Below, piece after piece: positions 15,954 to 25,287 of a stretch of DNA of 44,962 nucleotides (position 1 is the stretch's first letter; the number at the start of each line of letters is the position of its first letter). Location of the stretch: positions 1 through 44,962 of the forward strand of contig JBHICV010000003.1 of the NCBI GenBank assembly GCA_046759765.1. The letters are read 5' to 3'. Source of the DNA: Acidimicrobiia bacterium. Lineage in GTDB: Bacteria > Actinomycetota > Acidimicrobiia > Spongiisociales > CAZKJJ01. A model generated the notes under the pieces. It saw only the letters and a program-made list of their open reading frames with translations, did not search any database and was not told the DNA's origin. A program made the translations under genes and the position numbers.

Positions 15954-16985
15954 ATGAGCAAACTCGAACTGTTCGACCCACACATCGCGTCCGAAGAACA
16001 GCTGCGGGCGGTCCACGACCTTTACGTCGAGACTCACCTGGAGCGGTTGCCTGACGATCCCCCGCAGCCGTTTGCGGAGATCGTCGAGGAGTGGAAGCAT
16101 CAGCCGTCGTTTCGCCAGGTAACCAGGTGGGCGGTCTGGGACGGCTTGGTGGCGCTGGGCAGCTCGGTGGTCAGTGTCGAGCACCTGGATCAGAACAAAG
16201 ACCAGGCCTGGTTTTGGGCCCACGTCCGGAAACCACACCGTCGCGGCGGCCTGGGCACTCGGCTGCTGGCTCCCGCACTGGAGCTGGCGCATAAAGAGGA
16301 TCGACCCAGGCTGGCCACGTGGACTTGGGACGGCAGCGACGGAGAAGGCTTCATTTCCTGGCTGGGAGGCGATCGGCGACTATCGGATCGGACCAGCCGG
16401 GCGTGGGTCAAGGATGTCGATGCGGATCTGATGCGCATGTGGGTGGAACGCGCTCCGGAACGAGCGTCCGACTACGAGCTGGTCTCTTGGGAGGGTCCGG
16501 TGTCGGATGATTTGCTGCAGGCCTACATCGATGTGCTCGACGTGATGAACACCGCTCCCCGCGAGGACTTCGAGGAGGAGGACTGGCACTGGACGCCAGA
16601 GCAGCTGCGGGACTGGGAGAACGCGGCGATCGAACGCGGGCTCACCTGGTGGGTCATGTCCGCTCGCCACCAGCCAACGGGGGAGTTGGTAGGGGTCACG
16701 AACATCTTCTTTCCTCCCCACCGTCCCTACCGCGCCGATCAGGGTGACACCGGTGTCGACCCCGAGCACAGGAACAAGGGACTCGGCCGCTGGCTCAAGG
16801 CGGCCATGTTCCTCAAGCTCATCGAGGAAAAGCCGGAAGTAGATCGCATCGACACCGACAACGCCGACTCGAACGAGCCGATGCTGGCGATCAACACGGA
16901 GATGGGGTTCCGGCCCCTGATTACATCTGCTGTCTGGCAGGTTCCGCTGGAGAAGGCCGAGGCGGCGCTAGCGGGCCGCGGCTGA
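15954..16985 (+). CDS. Tandem GNAT acetyltransferase
   Basis: VRKPHRRGGLG and TGVDPEHRNKGLG acetyl-CoA loops, NEPMLAINTEMGF; start set at MSKLELF. Confidence 0.85.
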   Translation: MSKLELFDPHIASEEQLRAVHDLYVETHLERLPDDPPQPFAEIVEEWKHQPSFRQVTRWAVWDGLVALGSSVVSVEHLDQNKDQAWFWAHVRKPHRRGGLGTRLLAPALELAHKEDRPRLATWTWDGSDGEGFISWLGGDRRLSDRTSRAWVKDVDADLMRMWVERAPERASDYELVSWEGPVSDDLLQAYIDVLDVMNTAPREDFEEEDWHWTPEQLRDWENAAIERGLTWWVMSARHQPTGELVGVTNIFFPPHRPYRADQGDTGVDPEHRNKGLGRWLKAAMFLKLIEEKPEVDRIDTDNADSNEPMLAINTEMGFRPLITSAVWQVPLEKAEAALAGRG

Positions 16986-17005
16986 CTCAGCAGGCGCCTT
17001 CGCCG

Positions 17006-17069
17006 AATCCCCTCCGCCCTTCGGACACCTCCACCAATACCCCGGCCTTGACACCTTGCGGAGGGGATT
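17006..17069. repeat. Intergenic 12-bp inverted repeat (REP-like)
   Basis: AATCCCCTCCGC (17006-17017) / GCGGAGGGGATT (17058-17069). Confidence 0.6.
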
Positions 17070-17121
17070 AGCGGGAGGGTCCGTGTTGACAGAAACGCGT
17101 TAAGGCGATCAGAGTCTGCGG

Positions 17122-18351
17122 GTGCCGCTGACCCGAGCCGAGCTGGCTGAGCTGGATGCTGCCGATCCGCTTGCTCACTTCCGCGACGAGTTCTTCCTGC
17201 CGGATGGCGTTGTCTACCTCGACGGGAATTCCCTGGGAGCGCTGCCGAAGAGAACGGTCGATCGGATCTCAGAAGTAGTTCGGACGGAGTGGGGAGAAGG
17301 GCTGATACGCAGCTGGCACGAGTGGATAAATCTTCCCCGACGAGTTGGCGACAAGATTGGACGCTTGATCGGTGCGGACGAGGGCCAAGTGATCGTGGCC
17401 GACTCCACCTCCGTGAACCTGTTCAAGCTGCTTGCCGCCGCCCTCACGTTCCGCCCGGACCGGCGAGTCGTACTCACAGAGCAGGGCAACTTCCCGACCG
17501 ACGTCTATATGGCGCAGGGGCTAGTCGAGCTCCTCGGCGGTCGCCACGGGATCAGACGGGTCGGGGCCACCGATCTAGTGGCCTCACTCGACGGTGACGT
17601 GGCCGTCCTGCTGCTGACCCATGTCAACTATCAGACAGGGTCCTTTCACGACCTGGCTGCGGTCACCGAAGCAGCCCACGCCGCAGGCACAATCGTGATA
17701 TGGGACCTGTCGCACACGATCGGAGTTGTTCCTGTTGGTCTCGACGAAGCCAAAGTCGATCTGGCGGTCGGCTGCGGCTACAAATACCTGAACGGCGGAC
17801 CGGGGGCGCCTGCCTTTCTATACGTGGCCCGGCGCCTACAAGACCGGATAAGTCCCGCCCTGGCCGGTTGGATGGGCCACGCCTCTCCCTTCTCCTTCGA
17901 GGATGATTATCGGGCCGCCTCGGGCATCGATCGGCACTTGGTCGGAACACCGCCGATTCTCTCCCTCGTGGCTCTCGAAGAAGCAGTCGATCTGTATCTC
18001 GAGGCCGATCCGGTCGAGATCCGGGCCAAATCAATTGCGGTTACCCAGACCTTCATCGATCTCGTTCGTCAGGAATGTGGCGACGAGCTAACACTGGCCA
18101 GCGACGAGAACCCCGAGCGACGCGGAAGCCAGGTCTCGCTCCGTCATCCGGAGGGATATCCAATTATGCAGGCGCTCATCGAACGGGGCGTCATTGGGGA
18201 CTTCCGGACTCCCGACATCCTTCGATTCGGATTCGCCCCTCTCTACCTAAGTTTCACGGACGTCTGGGACGCCGTTGCGATCATCAAGGAGACTCTCGAA
18301 TCACGGGTTTGGGACCACTCTGATTACCGGGCTCGCCGCACCGTTACTTGA
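17122..18351 (+). CDS. kynU: Kynureninase
   Basis: YLDGNSLG, NFPTDVY, WDLSH, GCGYKYLNGGPG and RGSQVSL. Confidence 0.95.
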   Translation: MPLTRAELAELDAADPLAHFRDEFFLPDGVVYLDGNSLGALPKRTVDRISEVVRTEWGEGLIRSWHEWINLPRRVGDKIGRLIGADEGQVIVADSTSVNLFKLLAAALTFRPDRRVVLTEQGNFPTDVYMAQGLVELLGGRHGIRRVGATDLVASLDGDVAVLLLTHVNYQTGSFHDLAAVTEAAHAAGTIVIWDLSHTIGVVPVGLDEAKVDLAVGCGYKYLNGGPGAPAFLYVARRLQDRISPALAGWMGHASPFSFEDDYRAASGIDRHLVGTPPILSLVALEEAVDLYLEADPVEIRAKSIAVTQTFIDLVRQECGDELTLASDENPERRGSQVSLRHPEGYPIMQALIERGVIGDFRTPDILRFGFAPLYLSFTDVWDAVAIIKETLESRVWDHSDYRARRTVT

Positions 18352-20662
18352 GAGGTACTTCTACCGGTTCGGTCCCGACCTCGAATCCTTCTCCACGAAC
18401 TCGGACGTGAAGGTCGGGCCCCCGCACGACGGATAGCCTCACGCGGTCGTCGGTGCAATCGATCAACAGCCAGCTGTTGCGGATGCACAGGCGAAACCGA
18501 ATCCCTTCCCACGCGGCCGGCAGACGAGGGTCGAGATCGATGGAACCGCTGCTGATCCTGAGCCCGGCAAAGCCGTGGATCAGCCCCATCCAGACCCCGC
18601 CCGTCGATGCGAGGTGAACGCCGTCCGCGGCATTCCCGTGCAGGTCGCCGATGTCGACGAAAACCGAGCGCCGGAAGTACTCCAACGCCAAGTCTGTGTA
18701 GCCCACCATGGCGGCCGAGATGGCCTGGATGGGAGCAGAAAGCGACGAGTCGCCGGTCGTCAAAGGATCGTAGTAGTCGAAATTGGCGCGTTGCAGCTCA
18801 GGTGGAAACTCATCCGGAACCAGGTATTGAGCCAGTACAACATCCGGTTGCTTCAGCACCTGATACCGATAGATCGTCAGCGGATGGAAGTGCAGGAGGA
18901 GCGGATACTGGTCCTCCGGGACACCCTCGAAGTCCCATACTCGCTTCTGTAAGAAGCTCTCATCCTGAGGCGTGATGCCCGTGTCGTCGTCATAGGGAAT
19001 GAACATGGCTTCGGCCGCTCGCAGCCATTTCTCGGGCTCTTCGGAAGTCAGCCCGAGCTGATCCGACAGCTGTTCGAACCGGGCCGGTTGCTCGCGCCGC
19101 ATCCGCTCTACGCACGCGACGGCGAACCGAAGATTGAAGCGTGCCATCACGTTCGTGAAGGCGTTGTCGTCGACCAGAACCGTGTACTCGTCGGGTCCTG
19201 TGACCCCGGAGATATGGAAGGAGTCGTTGCGCCAATAGCCCAACCCCTCCCATAGTCGGGCCGTCTCGACGGCGATCTCCACTCCCAGCTCCCAGAGCAG
19301 TTCCTCGTCGCCGGTCGCTTCGATGTAACGGGCCAGGGCGTGCACTACTACGGCGTCGATGTGATACTGAGCCGTGCTGGCCAGGTAGTAAGCGGACGCC
19401 TCCTCCCCCGTGATCGTGCGCCACGCGAAGAGCGCTCCGGGAAGCGAGAGCTCCCGGGCGCGAGTGCGGGCCTGCGGAAGCATGGCGTATCGGTGTCGGA
19501 TGAGCTCTGCCGCTGCTTCGGGACGAATGTGGGTGAGGAACGGTAGGACGAATATCTCGTTGTCCCAGAAGTAGTGGCCCTCGTATGCCCTGCTCGTAAG
19601 CCCCTTGGCGGGTACTTCCGCGTCCTTTATTAGCGCCGCGGACTGGAAGAGCTGAAACAAGCTCCAGCGCACCGCTTGCTGGAGCTCCGCATCAGAGTCG
19701 ATCTCGACGTCGGCTTCTTCCCAAAACCGGGCCAGTACTGCCTCGTGCTCAGCAGCCACCCCTTCCCAGCCGGCTGCCACGGCCTCGTCGAGGGTCGAAG
19801 TAGCCTTGAGCGCGAGGTGTCCATCACCTGTGTGGTAGGTCGTGAACTTGGTGATTCTCACCGGCCGGCCGGGGGTGGTCTCGAAGCCGAGGCGGACCTC
19901 GCCTCGATCGCCGTCGTGGTATGACGTGAGTCGAAACTCGTTCTCACGATCGACGGCGTGATCGACCCCGCATGCGAGCGAGAGCCCGCTTCTCGCCGTC
20001 TCGTAGGTCGCCAGTAAGCGCCCTTCCTCCGCCGAGTGCCCGTTTACCTCGAGAACACGATGCGTCCACCCCGGAGCTCTTCGAGGGTCGTGCCTTGGAT
20101 CGAGAGGCACGAAGACCTCGAAGGCTTGTTGGTTAACGACCGACGAGAAAACCTCGACTGCTGCCTCGCGATCGACGTCTATCTCGATGTTCATTGCCAT
20201 CAGGTGTCGGTTCGATAGCGAAACGAGTCGTCGGGTCATCACCTGCACGTTGGTGCCGGTCCCGGTCGTCGCTCCTACCACTTGCTCCAACCAGCCCCGA
20301 CGTAGATCCAGCTTCCGCCGGCACACAAAGCCCGCCACGCCGAACCGCAGCGGTTCACCGTCGACATGGACATCGAGCAGGGTGGCGTCCGGCACGCGCA
20401 CGATCGTCTGTCCCTTGGTCGCGTAGCCGTAAGCGGGCTCCGGGTATGTGATTCGCCAGCTTTCGTAGAAGCCGTTGACAATCGTTCCCGGTTCGTGATT
20501 CGGCTCGCCCTGGTCATAGGTTCCGCGCACCCCGAAGTAGCCGTTCGAGAGGGCGAATAGGGTCTCCGAGCGAGAAACTAAGTCCTCGCGGGGCTGTGTC
20601 TCGATCACCGCCCACTCGTCAACGGGGTAAATGTCTCGAGGGATATCGATGGGTCGGCCCAT
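18344..20662 (-). CDS. Glycoside hydrolase family 65 (trehalose/maltose/kojibiose phosphorylase-like)
   Basis: LFALSNGYFGVRG, KGLT..YEGHYFWD, VTGPDEY, KQPDVVL and DSSLS. Confidence 0.93.
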   Translation of the reverse strand: MGRPIDIPRDIYPVDEWAVIETQPREDLVSRSETLFALSNGYFGVRGTYDQGEPNHEPGTIVNGFYESWRITYPEPAYGYATKGQTIVRVPDATLLDVHVDGEPLRFGVAGFVCRRKLDLRRGWLEQVVGATTGTGTNVQVMTRRLVSLSNRHLMAMNIEIDVDREAAVEVFSSVVNQQAFEVFVPLDPRHDPRRAPGWTHRVLEVNGHSAEEGRLLATYETARSGLSLACGVDHAVDRENEFRLTSYHDGDRGEVRLGFETTPGRPVRITKFTTYHTGDGHLALKATSTLDEAVAAGWEGVAAEHEAVLARFWEEADVEIDSDAELQQAVRWSLFQLFQSAALIKDAEVPAKGLTSRAYEGHYFWDNEIFVLPFLTHIRPEAAAELIRHRYAMLPQARTRARELSLPGALFAWRTITGEEASAYYLASTAQYHIDAVVVHALARYIEATGDEELLWELGVEIAVETARLWEGLGYWRNDSFHISGVTGPDEYTVLVDDNAFTNVMARFNLRFAVACVERMRREQPARFEQLSDQLGLTSEEPEKWLRAAEAMFIPYDDDTGITPQDESFLQKRVWDFEGVPEDQYPLLLHFHPLTIYRYQVLKQPDVVLAQYLVPDEFPPELQRANFDYYDPLTTGDSSLSAPIQAISAAMVGYTDLALEYFRRSVFVDIGDLHGNAADGVHLASTGGVWMGLIHGFAGLRISSGSIDLDPRLPAAWEGIRFRLCIRNSWLLIDCTDDRVRLSVVRGPDLHVRVRGEGFEVGTEPVEVPLK

Positions 20663-20700
20663 CGTCGACGGAAGCTAGCCCCTGGCGCGCGTTTTGTCGG

Positions 20701-21357
20701 TCATTCAGCCACCACTAGTCGGCGGAGCGAGTCGAGGTCGATCTCGTCGAGACTCGCTACCACCATGTCGGCTCCGGCCAGAAACTGACCGCCGCCGTCT
20801 CGGTCGACTCCTACGCAGGAGAAGCCACCCCGCTTGGCGGCTTCGACGCCCGCCTCCGCGTCTTCGAACACGACGCATGTGGTGGGTTCAAGGGACATCC
20901 GCGCGGCGGCCTCGAGAAAGATGTCAGGCTCCGGTTTCCCGTGCGGCACATCGCCTCCCGTGACGACCGCAGCCATTTGATCAATCAGTCCGATCTTGCG
21001 CAGAACCTGAGGTGAGTTACGGCTTCCGGAAGCGGCGGCCAACCGGAGGCCGGCTGACGCGGCGTGGTGCACTAGCCGTGCTGCGTCGGAAAACGGAGAC
21101 AGTTCGACGCTCTCCAGCTGTTCCAGGTAGTAGCCCTGTTTGATCTCACCTGCCCGGGTGATCACATCCTCGGTGGCATCTGCCATGACGCCGCGTACGC
21201 CGTCGAGCCGGCTCTTGCCATCGACCTTTGCCCGGTAGATGTCCGGATTGAAGGAGTAGCCGAACTCAGAGAACATCCGCTTCCAAGCCTCGTAGTGGAG
21301 CGGCACGGTGTCGGTGAGAACGCCGTCGACGTCGAAGATCAGACCTCGGAGGCTCAT
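20701..21357 (-). CDS. pgmB: Beta-phosphoglucomutase-family HAD hydrolase
   Basis: FDVDGVLTDT, GKPEPDIFL and VFEDAEAGV; ATG overlaps the P450 stop; next to GH65. Confidence 0.88.
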   Translation of the reverse strand: MSLRGLIFDVDGVLTDTVPLHYEAWKRMFSEFGYSFNPDIYRAKVDGKSRLDGVRGVMADATEDVITRAGEIKQGYYLEQLESVELSPFSDAARLVHHAASAGLRLAAASGSRNSPQVLRKIGLIDQMAAVVTGGDVPHGKPEPDIFLEAAARMSLEPTTCVVFEDAEAGVEAAKRGGFSCVGVDRDGGGQFLAGADMVVASLDEIDLDSLRRLVVAE

Positions 21358-22604
21358 CGGATCCGAACGGGCAGCCGCTTGATACCGTTGATGAAGTTTG
21401 ATCGGACCCTCTCGACCTTGCCGGCTATCTCTATCTGGCTGCCGCGGCCCAGCAGCTCTTCGAAGAACACCCGGACCTCGAGTCGGGCCAGCCAGTTGCC
21501 CAGGCACAAGTGCGGTCCGCCTCCCCCGAAGGTGACGTGACGATTGGGCTTTCGTCCGACGTCGAAGTTGTATGGATCCGAGAACACCTCCTCGTCGTAG
21601 TTAGCGGACAAGTACCAGGTGACGACCTTGTCCCCTGCCTTGATCTCGACGCCCCGGATCTCCGTGTCTACGGTCGCGGTGCGCCGGAAGTGAATCTGCG
21701 GGCACGCCCACCGCAGGATCTCCTCGGTGGCGGTCGGCATCAGCGACGGGTCGGTTCGGAGCCTTTCGGCTTGGTCGGGATATTCCGTAAAGGCCAGCAC
21801 CCCTTGACTCAGGCTGTGTCGGGTGGTCTCGTTTCCCGCGATCAGCAAGAGGAGGAAGAAGGTGTTCAGCTCCTGGTCGGTGAGGGGCTCGCCCTCCACT
21901 TCGGCCCCGACCAGGATCGAAGTCACGTCACCTGCCGGGTGGCGCCTTCGGGCCGTCGCAAGCTTGTCGACATAGGAGAAGACCTCGAGGCTGAAGGGGC
22001 TCCGGAAGGGCAGCAGCCGGTATGGATCCGTGTCGTCGCGGTCGAAGATCACGTCGGTGAAGTCGGGGTCGGCGTGGTAGATGATCGCGTCGGCCCATTC
22101 GAAGAGCCGCGGCGCGTCGTCATGTGGCACCCCGAGCAGGTGGCTGAGCATCCGGATGGGAAGGGCTCGTGCGACCTCCTCTACGAAATCGAACTCACCG
22201 AGGGCCGCTGCCTCGTCGAGGATCTGGCGGACGATGGTCCGCGTCGTGTCCTCGTGGGTCGCTACGGCTCGGCGAGAGAACGATGGGTTGACGATCTTCC
22301 GCAGCTCGGTGTGCCGGGGCGGATCGGTCTCCAGCATGGTTCGGCGCGTCTCCAGCGCGTCGGAGTCCAGCTCTTCAAGCTCGGTCCCGCCGATCTCCGA
22401 CGAGAATGTTCGATAGTCGCGGTGGACATCGACCAGATCATCCCAGCGTGTAATGGCCCAGAACCCGGAATTGGGGGCCGGCTCGTTGTGCCAAGACACA
22501 GGTGCCTCCTGGCGCAGGCGGCGGAATTCGGTGTGGGGAATACCTTGGGCGTAGACGTCATGGGAGAGGATGTCGACGTCCGCAAGGGTGTTGGTGCGAG
22601 TCAC
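21354..22604 (-). CDS. Cytochrome P450 (CYP124/125/142-like)
   Basis: AGNETTR, EEILRW and FGGGGPHLCLG heme motif. Confidence 0.93.
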   Translation of the reverse strand: MTRTNTLADVDILSHDVYAQGIPHTEFRRLRQEAPVSWHNEPAPNSGFWAITRWDDLVDVHRDYRTFSSEIGGTELEELDSDALETRRTMLETDPPRHTELRKIVNPSFSRRAVATHEDTTRTIVRQILDEAAALGEFDFVEEVARALPIRMLSHLLGVPHDDAPRLFEWADAIIYHADPDFTDVIFDRDDTDPYRLLPFRSPFSLEVFSYVDKLATARRRHPAGDVTSILVGAEVEGEPLTDQELNTFFLLLLIAGNETTRHSLSQGVLAFTEYPDQAERLRTDPSLMPTATEEILRWACPQIHFRRTATVDTEIRGVEIKAGDKVVTWYLSANYDEEVFSDPYNFDVGRKPNRHVTFGGGGPHLCLGNWLARLEVRVFFEELLGRGSQIEIAGKVERVRSNFINGIKRLPVRIR

Positions 22605-22652
22605 AACCCACCGTAACGATTGACCGAAATTGTATGACTTGGAGGAGGGGAA

Positions 22653-23387
22653 TTGTCGGAACCGGCTGCCGTAGAGGCTCCAACGACGTTCGGGTGGCGG
22701 GGTCTCGGGATGACGGCCGCAGTCGGGATGGTGATCTGGCTGATAGCAGGCTTCTTCTTACTTGGAGGGGTAGACCCCTTCGCCGCTGGGTTTGCGTTGA
22801 TCTACGGAGTGATCTCGATCCTTCTACGCCGAGAAGGCCGAGTGGGTCCGATCGCGCTGCTCATCGTCTCCGGACTGCTCGTCCTCATGATCGCAATCAT
22901 CGGGTCGGCTGACCTGGTGCATCCCGAGTCATGGCGAGGATTCGTCGGCACCCTGGGCGTGCTCCTGTTGGCCGCAACCGGGGTCCTGGCGGGAACCGGC
23001 GTCCTGCGCGGCTGGGGTATTGACTGGGCTGCTCGCATCGGCGTTTCAGCAGCCGCCATCCTGATAACCGGAGTCGTGCTGGGGCTGGGCGCGGCCGCCT
23101 CTCTGGAAAACGACACCGCCCAACCAGGCGACCTCGTGGTGACGGCTCAGGACGTGAGGTTCCACTCGACCGGGCTCGTCGCTCCCGGCGGCACCGTGAG
23201 CGTGTTCGTAAAGAACCAAGATCCCATACGCCACACGTTCACGATTCGTGCCCTGGGCGTCGACCTCGAGTTGCCTGCCGGCACCGACCGGCGGACCACT
23301 TTCGAGGCGCGTGAAGGTACCTACACCGTCGTTTGCGACATTCCCGGACACGAGGCTATGTCCCTCGCGCTCACGATCGAAGGCTGA
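22653..23387 (+). CDS. Membrane protein with C-terminal cupredoxin domain
   Basis: About 5 TM helices, then NQDPIRHTF...CDIPGHEAM (His/Cys/His/Met type-1 Cu set). Confidence 0.85.
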   Translation: MSEPAAVEAPTTFGWRGLGMTAAVGMVIWLIAGFFLLGGVDPFAAGFALIYGVISILLRREGRVGPIALLIVSGLLVLMIAIIGSADLVHPESWRGFVGTLGVLLLAATGVLAGTGVLRGWGIDWAARIGVSAAAILITGVVLGLGAAASLENDTAQPGDLVVTAQDVRFHSTGLVAPGGTVSVFVKNQDPIRHTFTIRALGVDLELPAGTDRRTTFEAREGTYTVVCDIPGHEAMSLALTIEG

Positions 23388-23443
23388 GGGCATAAAGACC
23401 GCCCGGGAGCGTTGCAAACGACAGTCGGACATAGGATTGCCGC

Positions 23444-24406
23444 ATGCCGGCAGTGTTCTCAGACCCATTGACACTCCCACGAGTAACCGCCCCGGACCCC
23501 GCGGCGACGGTGTGGCGGCCGGTCGACCGCGTTGTCACCGCGGTCCGCACACTGGAGGGAGAAGGCTTCGAAGTGAGGCGTCCTTTCCCAGGGGCCATCA
23601 ACTTCATCGAGGCCGACCCCTTTCTTCTCTTCGACCACATGGGTGGATCCGAGCTGGCGCCCTATGAAGCCAAGGGGGCGCCGGATCATCCTCACCGCGG
23701 CTTCGAGACCGTCACATACATGATTGACGGACAGATCGAGCATCGTGACTCCACCGGCGGCGGCGGCATCATCTTCGGGGGCGACACGCAGTGGATGACG
23801 GCCGGAGCGGGCATCGTCCATTCGGAGATGCCCACTCACGAGATCCTCGTCAACGGTGGTGTCATGCACGGCATTCAACTTTGGGTGAACCTTCCCCGGG
23901 CCAACAAGCTCGTTACCCCTCGATACCAGGACCTCACGGGGGACGGCCTGACTCTTCTCTCCTCCGAGGATGGGGCTTCGCTGCTACGGGTGATCGCAGG
24001 TGATCTCGACGGCCACTCCGGCCCCGGCCAGACGTACACCCCGATCACGTACGTTCATGCGTCGGTGGCTCCGGGGGCGGAGCTAAGACTGCCGTGGCGA
24101 TCTGACTTCAATGCTCTCGCTTACTCCCTTGTCGGTGAGGGGTTGGTCGGGATAGAGGGAGTGCCGCTCGCCGAGGGCCAAATGGCCGTCTTTGGTGCGG
24201 GCGACGGCCTTCTATTGCGCGCCAAGGATCGCCAGCCTCTCCCAGCCAAGTACCTGGAGATTCTCCTGCTCGGCGGTCTCCGGATCCGAGAACCGATTGC
24301 TCATTACGGACCGTTCGTGATGAACACCAGGGAGGAGATCCTGCAGGCAATCGAGGATTATCAGACCGGACGGATGGGAAGCATCCCTGCCAAGCCGTCT
24401 AACTGA
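23444..24406 (+). CDS. Pirin family protein
   Basis: DPFLLFDH, HPHRGFETVTY, WMTAGAGIVHSE, QLWVNLP and YGPFVMN. Confidence 0.95.
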   Translation: MPAVFSDPLTLPRVTAPDPAATVWRPVDRVVTAVRTLEGEGFEVRRPFPGAINFIEADPFLLFDHMGGSELAPYEAKGAPDHPHRGFETVTYMIDGQIEHRDSTGGGGIIFGGDTQWMTAGAGIVHSEMPTHEILVNGGVMHGIQLWVNLPRANKLVTPRYQDLTGDGLTLLSSEDGASLLRVIAGDLDGHSGPGQTYTPITYVHASVAPGAELRLPWRSDFNALAYSLVGEGLVGIEGVPLAEGQMAVFGAGDGLLLRAKDRQPLPAKYLEILLLGGLRIREPIAHYGPFVMNTREEILQAIEDYQTGRMGSIPAKPSN

Positions 24407-24418
24407 GGACGGCCGCGA

Positions 24419-24476
24419 GGGGTTGGGGCACTTCTCCCTTATCTCGGCTACGGTATCTCCCTAATTCCCCAACCCC
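24419..24476. repeat. Intergenic 10-bp inverted repeat
   Basis: GGGGTTGGGG (24419-24428) / CCCCAACCCC (24467-24476). Confidence 0.5.
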
Positions 24477-24518
24477 GGCCTCGGCTCAGGGTCGGACAAC
24501 TATGTGATCTGGAGGGAT

Positions 24519-25226
24519 ATGGGTTCCGAGTTCGAATGGCGAGGACGCTTCGGGCCGATGAAGCTCACGGTTTCGGACCAGACCTTCGTTCCGTCGACGG
24601 TCTCGGTATTGATGGCCGAGGCCCTGGAGGTCAAGGAGGGAGACACGGTCATCGACGCAGGATGCGGCTCAGGGATTCTCTCCATAATTGCGGCCAAGCT
24701 CGGCGCACACCGGGTGATCGGAGTCGATACTGCACCGGACGTTGTCGAAGTGGCTTCTGCCAACGCAGAGCGGCACGGCGTCTCCGAGGTGACAACCTTC
24801 CTTCATGGCGACCTATTCGGACCAGTAGAGGAGGACGTGCGGGCGGACGTGATCATCGGTGACGTGTCGGGAATACCGGATGAGCTGGCGGCTGTGACCG
24901 GATGGTTCCCCGGCGGAGTCGGCGGCGGCCCACACGGATCCGAGCTTCCGATTCGAATGCTCGAGGCCGCCAAGCGGCTCCTCGCGCCCGGCGGCAAGCT
25001 CTTCCTTCCCACCGGATCGCTTCAGGACGAAGGCTCCATCCTGTCGATTGCCAAGGACCTCTACGGCAAGATGACGAAGATCGTGGAGAAGAACATCCCG
25101 TTCCCTTCGCAGCTGGCGGAGGCACCAGAGGTGCTGAGGCTGATCCGCGACAAGGTGATCAGCTTGACGCCGCGGGGATCGCGCTATGTCTGGACGGCCC
25201 GGGTCTGGGAGGCCGCGGGCTCCTAG
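24519..25226 (+). CDS. Class I SAM-dependent methyltransferase (PrmA/HemK-like fold)
   Basis: VIDAGCGSGILS, HGDLF and LAPGGKL. Confidence 0.85.
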   Translation: MGSEFEWRGRFGPMKLTVSDQTFVPSTVSVLMAEALEVKEGDTVIDAGCGSGILSIIAAKLGAHRVIGVDTAPDVVEVASANAERHGVSEVTTFLHGDLFGPVEEDVRADVIIGDVSGIPDELAAVTGWFPGGVGGGPHGSELPIRMLEAAKRLLAPGGKLFLPTGSLQDEGSILSIAKDLYGKMTKIVEKNIPFPSQLAEAPEVLRLIRDKVISLTPRGSRYVWTARVWEAAGS

Positions 25227-25233
25227 GGTCAGC

Positions 25234-25282
25234 GTTCCTGTCAATCGGCGCGTCGGAAAGCGACGCGTGGATTGACCGGAGG
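25234..25282. repeat. 49-bp hairpin element between convergent genes (may also act as terminator)
   Basis: GTTCCTGTCAATC-GG-CGCGTCG-GAAAG-CGACGCG-TG-GATTGACCGGAGG. Confidence 0.65.
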
Positions 25283-25287
25283 CGAGC

